From Chloroflexota bacterium (GTDB taxonomy: Bacteria; Chloroflexota; Dehalococcoidia; Bin125), in assembly GCA_028874365.1 (NCBI GenBank), contig JAPPJZ010000061.1, positions 2,352 through 66,351 of the forward strand: 64,000 bases of DNA, given 5' to 3'. The notes beneath the pieces are model-generated. The model had not been told where the DNA came from, searched no databases, and was given only the letters and a program-made list of their open reading frames with translations. Shown in pieces: positions 1 to 8,673 of this stretch (positions within the stretch are counted from its first letter, which is position 1; each line of letters begins with the position of its first letter). A program made the position numbers and the translations under genes.

Positions 1-4
1 GGGC

Positions 5-2017
5 TTGCGCAACGCCGGTGACCGCGTCGCCCTGGTTGATCCATACGGAATCCGATACGACGCAGTGAGCTGGGGCGATGTACGGATGCCACAGCATATG
101 GACCCGCCAGATGCTGGAACATCAATCATTCGCACGCCCAGTGGCGGTCAGCGCATCTCGGACGAACCGACGCCGTGGCGTACGCAGGAAGTGATCGGTC
201 CCCGACCGGAACGACAGAGACATCCGCGCCCCGATACCCAGATGCGCATTGTCTCCGCACGGCTAGAGAAGTCGGAAGAGCACCCAGAATCCGTGTCAAT
301 CCGGAACGTGTCGGATCGGCCGCTGTTGACCGTCAACTGGCGGCTGACCGTGGGTTCATCTTCAGTGCGCGTCCCGTCGGTGCGAATCAACCCCGGCGAG
401 CTGTACACGATCACCGAGCCTGATGGCGAAATCGCCAGTGGACTCAGTCGCGAGGGCGGACATTTCGTGCTCCGGGACGCTGAAGGCAACTGGCTCGCGA
501 CAGCAAGTTGGGGCGACGACAAGACGTTTCACGACTTGATCGTGCCGGACGGGGTCGAAGAGGTTCACTTCAATCCGCTGACCCGCCTGCATCCAAGAGT
601 TCCCTGGCACGAACGCTTCTACGACATCAATCGAACGATTGTCAGCGAGCAGCGTCAGCGGCATTCGTTGACCTATCAGATCATCCTGCGAGGCTCGGAG
701 GGCGTCGCACGGTGGAGTCCTGCGCAACAGGAATCGGAGCAGCATGCCGTATGGATTAGCGAGGTCTATCCCGCGGCCGGACAGGGCCGTAACGACGCCG
801 CTTTCGAGTGGTTCGAAGTCAGCAACTCGAGCGAAGTCGCGGTTGACCTCTCGGGTTGGACCATCTCCGACAACCGCTCCTCGGATCCACTCGACAACCT
901 CATCATTCCTCCTCGGTCATCGGTGGTGGTTGCGGGTTCAGCGGATGCTGCGGAAGATGTCTCGTTGGTGATCAACGACGGACGAATCGGCAATGGCCTG
1001 GCCAACGCGGGCGATCGGTTGACACTCATCAACGCGGACGCGGAGATGGTCAGCGCCATTAGCTGGGGCAACGACCGAACGCACACCGATGTGAAAGCGC
1101 CGATACCTGGTCAATCGATCCATCGTTCGCCTGCGACCGCCGCTCCGGCAGTCGCGGACCCATCCCCGGGGAAGGTTGCCGCGGAGGTCCAGCGGCGCGA
1201 TGCGAGCGTCCCCGAGTACCAGGATGATGGCGGCGCTCCTGCCCGAGGGTCAGAGGAGGAATCTCGAGAAGCGTCAGCCGAGCAGTCGAGCGAAGCGTCG
1301 GAATCCACGAGTCTGCCCACCGAGTCGCCCCGCCTGCGCATCACGGAACTGTTGCCCGCTCCGCTACCAGGTGAGGCGGAGTGGGTCGAGATATTCAACC
1401 CATCGGACCACCCAATCGACCTGACCGGGTGGACAATTGGCGATTTGACGCGCCGCACTCCTCTCTCGGGCAGCATTCCGCCGCGGTCCTACTTGGTCGT
1501 GTCCAATCTCGCCGTCGACGCCTCGGCACCGGTACTCGTCGTCGACCGAATCGGCAACAGTTTGAACAATGACGCCGACACCATCGATCTCCGAGATCCG
1601 CAGGGTGAGACACAGTTCAGCATCCGCTACGGCACGACCGACGTACCGGCGCCCGGCCCGGGACTCTCCCTTGCGCTGGAGCCGGAACGCTGGGTCGTGA
1701 CGGCTATTGCTTCTCCCGGCGCAGCGCAGGTGACCCCGTTGCTCGACGATGCCTTCCGCTCGCCGAGCGTCAGGCCATCGACTCCTGAAGGCGAGCGACT
1801 GCCGTTGGTCGCGGAACCACCGAACGAAGGGCTCAACGCCTGGATGATTGTCAGCTTTGCGTTGATTGGCGTAATCCTGACGTTGATTGTGCGCCGCTGG
1901 CAACCCGAGCCTGAGCCTCAGGAGGAGACAGTCGGCCGCGCGACATACTCCGGTCCACCACCAGAACCGTCGGCACCACACGAACCGGAACGAACCAGCG
2001 ACAATCAATCCGAATGA
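5..2017 (+). CDS. Lamin-tail-domain (LTD) repeat protein with C-terminal transmembrane anchor. It is 5'-partial: the reading frame is open to the window edge.
   Basis: At least 3-4 repeats of an ~110-aa unit carry LTD-like motifs (EWFEVSNSS...DLSGWTISD...GDRLTL...VSAISWG, then EWVEIFNPSDHPIDLTGWTIGD...). An Ala/Ser/Glu-rich linker and a single C-terminal TM helix (AWMIVSFALIGVILTLIV) follow. The first repeat starts before position 1. Confidence 0.6.
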   Translation: MRNAGDRVALVDPYGIRYDAVSWGDVRMPQHMDPPDAGTSIIRTPSGGQRISDEPTPWRTQEVIGPRPERQRHPRPDTQMRIVSARLEKSEEHPESVSIRNVSDRPLLTVNWRLTVGSSSVRVPSVRINPGELYTITEPDGEIASGLSREGGHFVLRDAEGNWLATASWGDDKTFHDLIVPDGVEEVHFNPLTRLHPRVPWHERFYDINRTIVSEQRQRHSLTYQIILRGSEGVARWSPAQQESEQHAVWISEVYPAAGQGRNDAAFEWFEVSNSSEVAVDLSGWTISDNRSSDPLDNLIIPPRSSVVVAGSADAAEDVSLVINDGRIGNGLANAGDRLTLINADAEMVSAISWGNDRTHTDVKAPIPGQSIHRSPATAAPAVADPSPGKVAAEVQRRDASVPEYQDDGGAPARGSEEESREASAEQSSEASESTSLPTESPRLRITELLPAPLPGEAEWVEIFNPSDHPIDLTGWTIGDLTRRTPLSGSIPPRSYLVVSNLAVDASAPVLVVDRIGNSLNNDADTIDLRDPQGETQFSIRYGTTDVPAPGPGLSLALEPERWVVTAIASPGAAQVTPLLDDAFRSPSVRPSTPEGERLPLVAEPPNEGLNAWMIVSFALIGVILTLIVRRWQPEPEPQEETVGRATYSGPPPEPSAPHEPERTSDNQSE

Positions 2018-2778
2018 CTGATTCCGATCGCATCCGCATTGCAGTCGCGATCGCAAGAAGCGGGATCGCCTCGCGCCGCGGCGCGGAAGTGTACGTCCGC
2101 AAGCGACGCGTAGCAGTCGACGGGCGCGTCACCACAGATCTGTCGCTCAGGGTCGACCCCGGGTCCCAGCGAATCACGCTGGATGGCGAACCACTTCCCC
2201 GGGCCGAGCCGCTGCGCTACTACGCCCTCAACAAACCGCGCGGTGTGCTCTCGACCGCTCGCGACGACCGCGGACGCCGGACCGTCGTGGATCTTCTGCC
2301 TGGAAACGCTCCGCGCTGTGTCCCCGTAGGACGGCTCGACTTGGATAGCGAAGGTCTGATGCTGTTATCCAACGACGGACCGTTGATCGGTGCTCTGCTG
2401 CATCCCTCGGCCGAGATCCAGCGCGTGTACCTGGCTGAGGTTATAGGTTCGCCTACCGATGACTCGCTCGACGCCATCAACTCAGGCATTGAAGACGAAG
2501 GCGAACACCTGCAGGCGAAACCGGCGCGCTCGCGGCGTCCGGGCAGGCTGTTGCGAGACCGCCGGTCAACCTCGTGGATCACGCTGACGTTGCACACGGG
2601 ACGCAAACGCGAGTTGCGGCGCCTGTGCGCCGCGATCGGCCACCCCGTGGTCACACTCCGTCGAGTTCGATTCGGCCCGCTGATGTTGCGCGACCTGGAG
2701 ATCGGTACGGTACGTCCTCTGAGCCGACGCGAGATCAGGCTGTTGAGGCGCGCCGCCGGGATTTCGGACGAAGCCTGA
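2014..2778 (+). CDS. rluB: rRNA pseudouridine synthase, RsuA/RluB family (N-terminal S4 domain)
   Basis: S4-like N-terminus (RIRIAVAIARSGIASRRGAEVYVRKRRVAVDGRV) and the catalytic block YYALNKPRGVLSTARDDRGRRTVVDLLP...PVGRLDLDSEGLMLLSNDG. The start overlaps the upstream stop by ATGA. Position upstream of cmk is the conserved scpAB-rluB-cmk order. Confidence 0.85.
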   Translation: MTDSDRIRIAVAIARSGIASRRGAEVYVRKRRVAVDGRVTTDLSLRVDPGSQRITLDGEPLPRAEPLRYYALNKPRGVLSTARDDRGRRTVVDLLPGNAPRCVPVGRLDLDSEGLMLLSNDGPLIGALLHPSAEIQRVYLAEVIGSPTDDSLDAINSGIEDEGEHLQAKPARSRRPGRLLRDRRSTSWITLTLHTGRKRELRRLCAAIGHPVVTLRRVRFGPLMLRDLEIGTVRPLSRREIRLLRRAAGISDEA

Positions 2779-2817
2779 CCGTCTGAGCACAGCCCTGTCG
2801 GCCACTACCATGACGCC

Positions 2818-3552
2818 ATGGCAAGTGCGGCAGGCAGAAGTTGCCAACACCTCGTTGTCGCCATCGATGGACCGGTGGCTTCCGGCAAGACGACCGTCGG
2901 CCGCGAACTGGCGAGCAGGTTGGGTTGGAGACTCTTCGACACCGGCATCATGTACCGCGCTGCCACCTGGCAAGCCCAGCGCCGCGGCGTGCACCTGGAC
3001 GAAGAAGAAACCGTTACCGAGCTGATCCGCGACTCGGACTTCACCCTCTTGCCCGCGGCGTCAGGCGACTCGGTGGAGCTGGACGTGTATGTCGATGGCG
3101 ACAACGCCACGTCCCACCTTCGTGACACTGCAGTCGAATCGGGTGTGCCGACGGTCGCCGCCATTGCAGGTGTACGAACGGTGATGGTCGAAATCCAACA
3201 AGCGCAGGCCGCGGAAGGCTGCATGGTCGTCGTCGGCCGCGACATCGGCACCGTTGTTCTGCCCGACGCTCCTGTCAAGATCTTCCTTGACGCCAGCCAG
3301 GAGGTACGCGCCAGGCGACGGGCCGCTGAACAGCACAACGGCGCCGACGAGGCGAGCGTACTCAGGGCGACACAGCGCCGAGACGCTCGCGATAGCGGCA
3401 GACGCACCTCGCCCCTGGTCGTCGCGGCGGACGCGGTCTTCCTCGACACGTCCGAGTTGTCGCTCGATCAGTCTGTCGACGCGGCCGAGGCGATCATCCG
3501 CGAGCGGATGCCCGAACTCGCCCATCACGTAGCTACGTCGGAGGAAGGCTGA
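2818..3552 (+). CDS. cmk: Cytidylate kinase
   Basis: P-loop VVAIDGPVASGKTTVGRELASRLGWRLFDTGIMYRAATW; length 244 aa. Confidence 0.9.
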   Translation: MASAAGRSCQHLVVAIDGPVASGKTTVGRELASRLGWRLFDTGIMYRAATWQAQRRGVHLDEEETVTELIRDSDFTLLPAASGDSVELDVYVDGDNATSHLRDTAVESGVPTVAAIAGVRTVMVEIQQAQAAEGCMVVVGRDIGTVVLPDAPVKIFLDASQEVRARRRAAEQHNGADEASVLRATQRRDARDSGRRTSPLVVAADAVFLDTSELSLDQSVDAAEAIIRERMPELAHHVATSEEG

Positions 3553-3555
3553 CGA

Positions 3556-4371
3556 ATGCGGCGACGAACCTACCGGTGGGTTACGCGTCAGCTGACGCGC
3601 TTGATCTTTGGCGAGTACAAGGCCTTGGCAGACATCGGCATGACCGGCATGCCGAACGCCTCACGGGTCTGGTTCCTCGTGGCCGGCTTCTTCGCGCGCC
3701 TGGCGTTCATGAGAATTGTCCAATGCCAGTGGCTTCACTTCGAACGTATACCCAAGGGCGGCGTGATCATCGCCTCGAACCACGTCTCATCTGCCGATCC
3801 GGCGATGATGGCCTCCGCGATCTATCCGCGCTCCCCCAGATATATGGCAAAGGTCGAGCTGTTCCAGAAAGAACCGGTCCTCGGCTACCTGTTCGCGCTG
3901 TCCGGAGCGTTCCCGGTACGACGCGGAGCAGGCGACCGACTCGCCATTCGCGAGGCGGAGCGCCTATTGCGCGAGGGGGCAGTCGTCGGCATGTTCCCGG
4001 AAGGCCACCGATCCGACACTGGAGGCCTAATGCATGCCCATTCCGGCACGGCGTTGCTGGCGTTGCGCACCGAGGCGCCTGTCGTTGCTGTCGGCATCAC
4101 CGGTTCCGAGAGGATGAGAGCCGGATGGCGGGCACTCGTCGCCCGGACCCAGGTCCGCATGACCGCCTCACAGCCATTCGTAGTTAAGCCCAAAGGTCGT
4201 AGAATCACTCGCGAAGATGTAGAGGAAGCGCACACTGCAATCATGCGTGCCATTGCCGAACAGCTACCCCCCGCCTATCGTGGCGTATATGCACACTTGG
4301 TTGACGATCATGTCGACCGGGGTGATGACTCCGACAGGTCCCTCTCAGACAGACCAGGAGCAGCAGCATGA
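3556..4371 (+). CDS. plsC: 1-acyl-sn-glycerol-3-phosphate acyltransferase (lysophospholipid acyltransferase)
   Basis: HX4D-type motif region IIASNHVSSADPAMM and FPEGHRSDTGGL. The start is 4 bp after the cmk stop. Confidence 0.8.
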   Translation: MRRRTYRWVTRQLTRLIFGEYKALADIGMTGMPNASRVWFLVAGFFARLAFMRIVQCQWLHFERIPKGGVIIASNHVSSADPAMMASAIYPRSPRYMAKVELFQKEPVLGYLFALSGAFPVRRGAGDRLAIREAERLLREGAVVGMFPEGHRSDTGGLMHAHSGTALLALRTEAPVVAVGITGSERMRAGWRALVARTQVRMTASQPFVVKPKGRRITREDVEEAHTAIMRAIAEQLPPAYRGVYAHLVDDHVDRGDDSDRSLSDRPGAAA

Positions 4372-5243
4372 AAATTCACCGCGCGAGCGATATGGGCTTC
4401 TGCTTCGGCGTCCGTCGCGCCGTCGACATGATGAAGGAGGCCGCCGCCAACGGCACGAGGGTGACCACTCTGGGTCAGGTCGTTCACAATCCTCAGGTGG
4501 TCGCCGAACTCGAGCACACCGGGATCATGGTCAAGAACGATCGCACTGCCGACGATGTCGCTACCGACACGGTTGCGATCACCGCGCACGGGGTCGGCGA
4601 GACCGTCGTGCGGGACATCGAGGCCCGCGGGCTACGCGTAATCGACACGACATGCCAGTTCGTCTCCCGCTCGCAGCGCGCCGCCAGGAATCTGGCCGAG
4701 CGCGGCTTCACCGTTGTCATCTTTGGCGACCCGACCCATCCCGAGGTGAAGGGAGTGCTCGGTTGGTGCCGCGGGCGTGGGATCGTGATCAAGGACGAAT
4801 CCCTCGAAGATCTGCCGGACTATCTGCCGGCAAAGATCGGCGTCATCTCGCAGACGACGCACACGCCGGAACGCTTCGCCGCATTCGTTTCCAACCTGAT
4901 GCGAGCGCGGATCGATCAGATCACCGAGATCCGCGTCGTCAATGTGCTCTGCAACGCCACCACCTCGCAACAGGCCGCTACTCGCGACCTGACCGAGGAC
5001 GTCGATTTGATGATCGTCGTGGGCGGGCACAACTCAGCCAACACCCGCCACCTGGCCGAGCTCTCACGTGCTAACGGCATCGAGACATACCACGTCGAGA
5101 CCGCGGACGAGCTCAAGCCGGAGTGGTTCGACGACCATGAGGACATCGGTGTAACCGCGGGCGCGTCGACACCCGATTTCTCGATCGACGCCGTCGTCGC
5201 CCGAATTGAAGAGATCGACCAGCTCGCTTCGGCCGCCGTTTAG
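4368..5243 (+). CDS. ispH: 4-hydroxy-3-methylbut-2-enyl diphosphate reductase (IspH/LytB)
   Basis: N-terminus MKIHRASDMGFCFGVRRAVDMM...LGQVVHNPQVV is the canonical IspH start. ATGA overlap with the plsC stop. Confidence 0.9.
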   Translation: MKIHRASDMGFCFGVRRAVDMMKEAAANGTRVTTLGQVVHNPQVVAELEHTGIMVKNDRTADDVATDTVAITAHGVGETVVRDIEARGLRVIDTTCQFVSRSQRAARNLAERGFTVVIFGDPTHPEVKGVLGWCRGRGIVIKDESLEDLPDYLPAKIGVISQTTHTPERFAAFVSNLMRARIDQITEIRVVNVLCNATTSQQAATRDLTEDVDLMIVVGGHNSANTRHLAELSRANGIETYHVETADELKPEWFDDHEDIGVTAGASTPDFSIDAVVARIEEIDQLASAAV

Positions 5244-5269
5244 CTGATTCCAGCACCGCGCAGCAGCCA

Positions 5270-6691
5270 ATGACACGACCGCGCCGCGCCGCTGTTCCCA
5301 CCGGCGCCATCAGCGCCATCAACCCGGATTCCCTGGCCGAAGAAGCAGGACTGCGCCCCGGCGATCAGGTGCTGGCGGTCAACGGTCAACCGGTTCGCGA
5401 TCCCGTGGACTACCGCTTTCAGACGACGGACAACTTCGTCGAACTCGAAGTGATGCACGACGGCGAGCTTGGTGTAGTCGAGTTCGAGAAGCCAATCGAC
5501 GAACCGCTCGGCATCGAATTCAACGACGACGCGTTCGACGGCACGCGGATCTGTAACAACAAGTGCTTCTTCTGCTTCCTCAAGGGATTGCCAAAGGGGC
5601 TGCGACGGCCGCTGTACGTCAAGGACGACGACTATCGACTGTCCTTCCTGCACGGCAACTTCGTCACCTTGACCAACCTGTCCAACGATGATTGGGATCG
5701 GCTCGAGGAACAGCGGCTCAGTCCGTTGCACGTCAGTGTCCACGCCACCGACCTAAAACTGCGCCGCCAGCTACTCGGCAACCGCAATGCGCCCGACATC
5801 CTGGAACAGCTTCGCCGCCTGGCCGATATGCGGATCGAGGCGCACACCCAGGTGGTGCTCTGTCCCGGCGTCAACGACGGTGACGCGCTCGACCAGACTG
5901 TTAGCGACCTCTTGCGTCAGGACAATGTCACCTCTATCGGCGTCGTGCCCGTCGGCTCGTCGCTCGAAGGGGAACAACGAATCAGCGATGACGGCATGCG
6001 CGCTCACAGTCCGTCGGAGGCCAGACGAGTCGTCAAGCAGCTTCGCCGCTGGCAGCGAATGGCAAGAGCAGCGCGCGGCTCGTCGGTCGTGTTTCCGAGC
6101 GACGAGTTCTATCTCACCGCCAGGGCGCAGATCCCTTCGGCCCGGCGCTACGACGGCTTCCCGCAATGGGAGAACGGGATTGGAATGACGCGCACGCTAA
6201 TCGACGATTGGCGCAAGATGAGAGGCAAGCTACGGGAGGGACGCCTCAAGGTTTCCGCAACCTCGGTAGTGATCGCGTGCGGAACTCTGATCGCGCCGAC
6301 GCTTCGGTCACTCTGCGACGAAGCCGCGGCGCTGACCGGTGTCGAATTCACGATCGTGCCGGTGCAGAACTCCCTGTTCGGTGCGCGAGTCAACGTCAGC
6401 GGGCTAATCCCGGGACAAGACTTCCTTTCGGCGCTTGCTCCGGTGGACCTGCCACAGCAGGTGTTCCTGCCTCGCGCATCGCTCGACTACTTCGGCGCGA
6501 AGTTCCTCGATGATCTGACGCCCGAGGAACTGGAAGTTGCCCTCAATCGGCCGGTTTCGTTCGTTTACACGCTCTCCGAGCTCCTAGAGTTGATCGTTGA
6601 GGGTGTCGACCAGCGGGGCTCCGGGAGCAGGCAGCTCGGACCCAACGCCCGATCGAACGGTCGTAGCTGGACGACGCCGGTGGCGGGGTAG
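5270..6691 (+). CDS. PDZ-domain protein fused to a DUF512-type (radical-SAM-like Cys cluster) domain
   Basis: N-terminal PDZ-like region (GLRPGDQVLAVNGQPV). CxxxCxxC-like cluster CNNKCFFCF, then YVKDDDYRLSFLHGNFVTLTNLS, typical of DUF512 proteins. Confidence 0.65.
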   Translation: MTRPRRAAVPTGAISAINPDSLAEEAGLRPGDQVLAVNGQPVRDPVDYRFQTTDNFVELEVMHDGELGVVEFEKPIDEPLGIEFNDDAFDGTRICNNKCFFCFLKGLPKGLRRPLYVKDDDYRLSFLHGNFVTLTNLSNDDWDRLEEQRLSPLHVSVHATDLKLRRQLLGNRNAPDILEQLRRLADMRIEAHTQVVLCPGVNDGDALDQTVSDLLRQDNVTSIGVVPVGSSLEGEQRISDDGMRAHSPSEARRVVKQLRRWQRMARAARGSSVVFPSDEFYLTARAQIPSARRYDGFPQWENGIGMTRTLIDDWRKMRGKLREGRLKVSATSVVIACGTLIAPTLRSLCDEAAALTGVEFTIVPVQNSLFGARVNVSGLIPGQDFLSALAPVDLPQQVFLPRASLDYFGAKFLDDLTPEELEVALNRPVSFVYTLSELLELIVEGVDQRGSGSRQLGPNARSNGRSWTTPVAG

Positions 6692-6705
6692 ACGCAGGGC
6701 TTCGT

Positions 6706-8562
6706 ATGTGCGGAATCGTCGGCTACGTCGGTCGTCAGTCGGCCGGACCCATTCTGCTGGAAGGACTCCAGCGCCTGGAGTACCGCGGCTACGACTCATC
6801 GGGAATCGCAGTCCTCGATCACGACGGCGCGCTCGCAGTGCTCAAGCGACAGGGCAAACTGCGAGACCTTGAGGCCTCAATCGAGCGCATGCCGTCTGGC
6901 GGCGTCGGGATCGGACACACCCGCTGGGCCACCCACGGCGAACCGTCCGACCGCAATGCACATCCACACGCGTCAGCCAATGGTGACGTGATTGTGGTCC
7001 AGAACGGAATCGTTGAGAACTACCGCGAACTCAAGGGTGAGCTACAAGACGAGATGGAGGTGGCGGGTCGCAACTGGCAGTCCGACACCGACACGGAAGT
7101 CATCCCGGAACTCATCTCCCGGGAGTTGGCGGCGGGTCGATCCTTCGAAGACGCCCTGACGTTGGCACTCAGCCGGTTGCGCGGCGGGAACGCGATTGCC
7201 GCCGTCTCGCGCAGCGACCCGGGTCGAATCTACGCCGCGCGCAAGGGTTCGGCCGGGGGGATCGTGATCGGTTACGGCGAGGGCGAGATGTTCGTCGCCA
7301 GCGATCTGCCGGCCTTGCTCCCTCACACCACCACTGTGTATCACCTCGAAGACGGCGAAATCGCCACGATCGACGCCGACGGAGTGACCATTCAGGACGC
7401 TACGCGAAGGGCATTCCGGCCGACCCCGTTGCAGGTTGACCTCGATCCAGTGGCGATCGCCCGCGGGCCGTATCGGCACTTCATGCTCAAAGAGATTCAC
7501 GAGCAGCCGCGCGCGCTTTCCGACACGATTCGCGGTCGCGCCAGACTGGATCCACCCAGCGCGCTGCTGGACGACCTGAGCCTCGCGGACGAGACGCTGC
7601 GAGGAATCGAGCGCGTGCTGGTGATAGGCATGGGCACGTCCCTTCATGCGGCGATGATCGGTCGTTGGTGGATCGAGCAGATCGCCGGAGTCCCTGCAGA
7701 CTTCGACAACGCGTCGGAGTTCCGCTTCCGTGCACCGCTGCTCGGCCCGTCAACGCTGGTCGTCTCGGTCACCCAGTCCGGAGAGACGATCGACACGCTG
7801 GGCGCCATGAACCAAGTGCGCGAACGTTGGGGCGCCCCACAGATTGCCGTCACCAATGTGGAAGGCTCCGAGGCCACACGCATGGCGGACGCAACGATCC
7901 TGATCCGTTGCGGGCCCGAGGTCGGTGTCGCCTCGACCAAGACGTTCGCAGGTTCGCTCGCAGCGCTGTACTTGCTCGCTTGCCGACTCGGGCGGGCGCG
8001 CGGCAGCTTGACCGAGGCCGATTTCGCCGATGCGTTGGAACAGCTGCTGACAGCACCGTCGTTGGTCGAGCGCGGTATCGGGCAGGCGACGCGTTGTGCG
8101 GAGATCGCACAACAACACAACTCGGCCACCAACTTCCTGGTCCTCGGCCGGGGAATCGAGTACCCGCTGGCGATGGAAGCAGCGTTGAAGTGCAAGGAGA
8201 TCTCCTACGTCCACGCCGAGGGCTACGCCGCCGGAGAGATGAAGCACGGTCCGATCGCACTGCTCGACAGCAGCTTCCCAGTGATCGCACTCGCGCCGCG
8301 CGGGCCGTTGTTCGAGAAGATGATGTCAGCCATCCAGCAGGTCAGGGCGCGCCGAGCGCCGGTGATCGCCATCGGCGACGAGGGAGACGCCGAGTTGGCC
8401 ACGATGGTTGACGCCTTCATCGGCGTCCCACCGGCACCGCCCCTGCTGACGCCGTTCGCGTTGACGCCGGTGATCCAGCTACTCGCCTATCAGATCGCGC
8501 TGGCACGCGGACTCGACATCGACCAACCGCGCAATCTCGCCAAGACAGTTACGGTCGAGTGA
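6706..8562 (+). CDS. glmS: Glutamine--fructose-6-phosphate aminotransferase (isomerising)
   Basis: N-terminal nucleophile MCGIVGYVG, two SIS domains and the C-terminal ...KTVTVE end; 618 aa. Confidence 0.95.
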   Translation: MCGIVGYVGRQSAGPILLEGLQRLEYRGYDSSGIAVLDHDGALAVLKRQGKLRDLEASIERMPSGGVGIGHTRWATHGEPSDRNAHPHASANGDVIVVQNGIVENYRELKGELQDEMEVAGRNWQSDTDTEVIPELISRELAAGRSFEDALTLALSRLRGGNAIAAVSRSDPGRIYAARKGSAGGIVIGYGEGEMFVASDLPALLPHTTTVYHLEDGEIATIDADGVTIQDATRRAFRPTPLQVDLDPVAIARGPYRHFMLKEIHEQPRALSDTIRGRARLDPPSALLDDLSLADETLRGIERVLVIGMGTSLHAAMIGRWWIEQIAGVPADFDNASEFRFRAPLLGPSTLVVSVTQSGETIDTLGAMNQVRERWGAPQIAVTNVEGSEATRMADATILIRCGPEVGVASTKTFAGSLAALYLLACRLGRARGSLTEADFADALEQLLTAPSLVERGIGQATRCAEIAQQHNSATNFLVLGRGIEYPLAMEAALKCKEISYVHAEGYAAGEMKHGPIALLDSSFPVIALAPRGPLFEKMMSAIQQVRARRAPVIAIGDEGDAELATMVDAFIGVPPAPPLLTPFALTPVIQLLAYQIALARGLDIDQPRNLAKTVTVE

Positions 8563-8673
8563 TCTGAGTACGACTGATCAGTTGCGCCTGGCGACCCGCG
8601 CAATTCCTAGGCGCGGTGATATCCTGCGCGCGCGAGCCGTGAACGTCCCAACCAGCACTCGCGGGCTTCCCCT

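Noticed and set aside
6692-6705. glmS ribozyme upstream of glmS
   Set aside because: Only 14 bp separate glmS from the upstream gene, leaving no room for the ~150-nt ribozyme.
8563-8673. Possible intrinsic terminator hairpins after glmS (CCGCGC-N9-GCGCGG) and a GYGATATCCT motif shared with 46955-46966
   Set aside because: The stem is only 6 bp with no U-tract. The shared 10-mer occurs just twice and is within chance expectation for a 64-kb window. There is no supporting structure.
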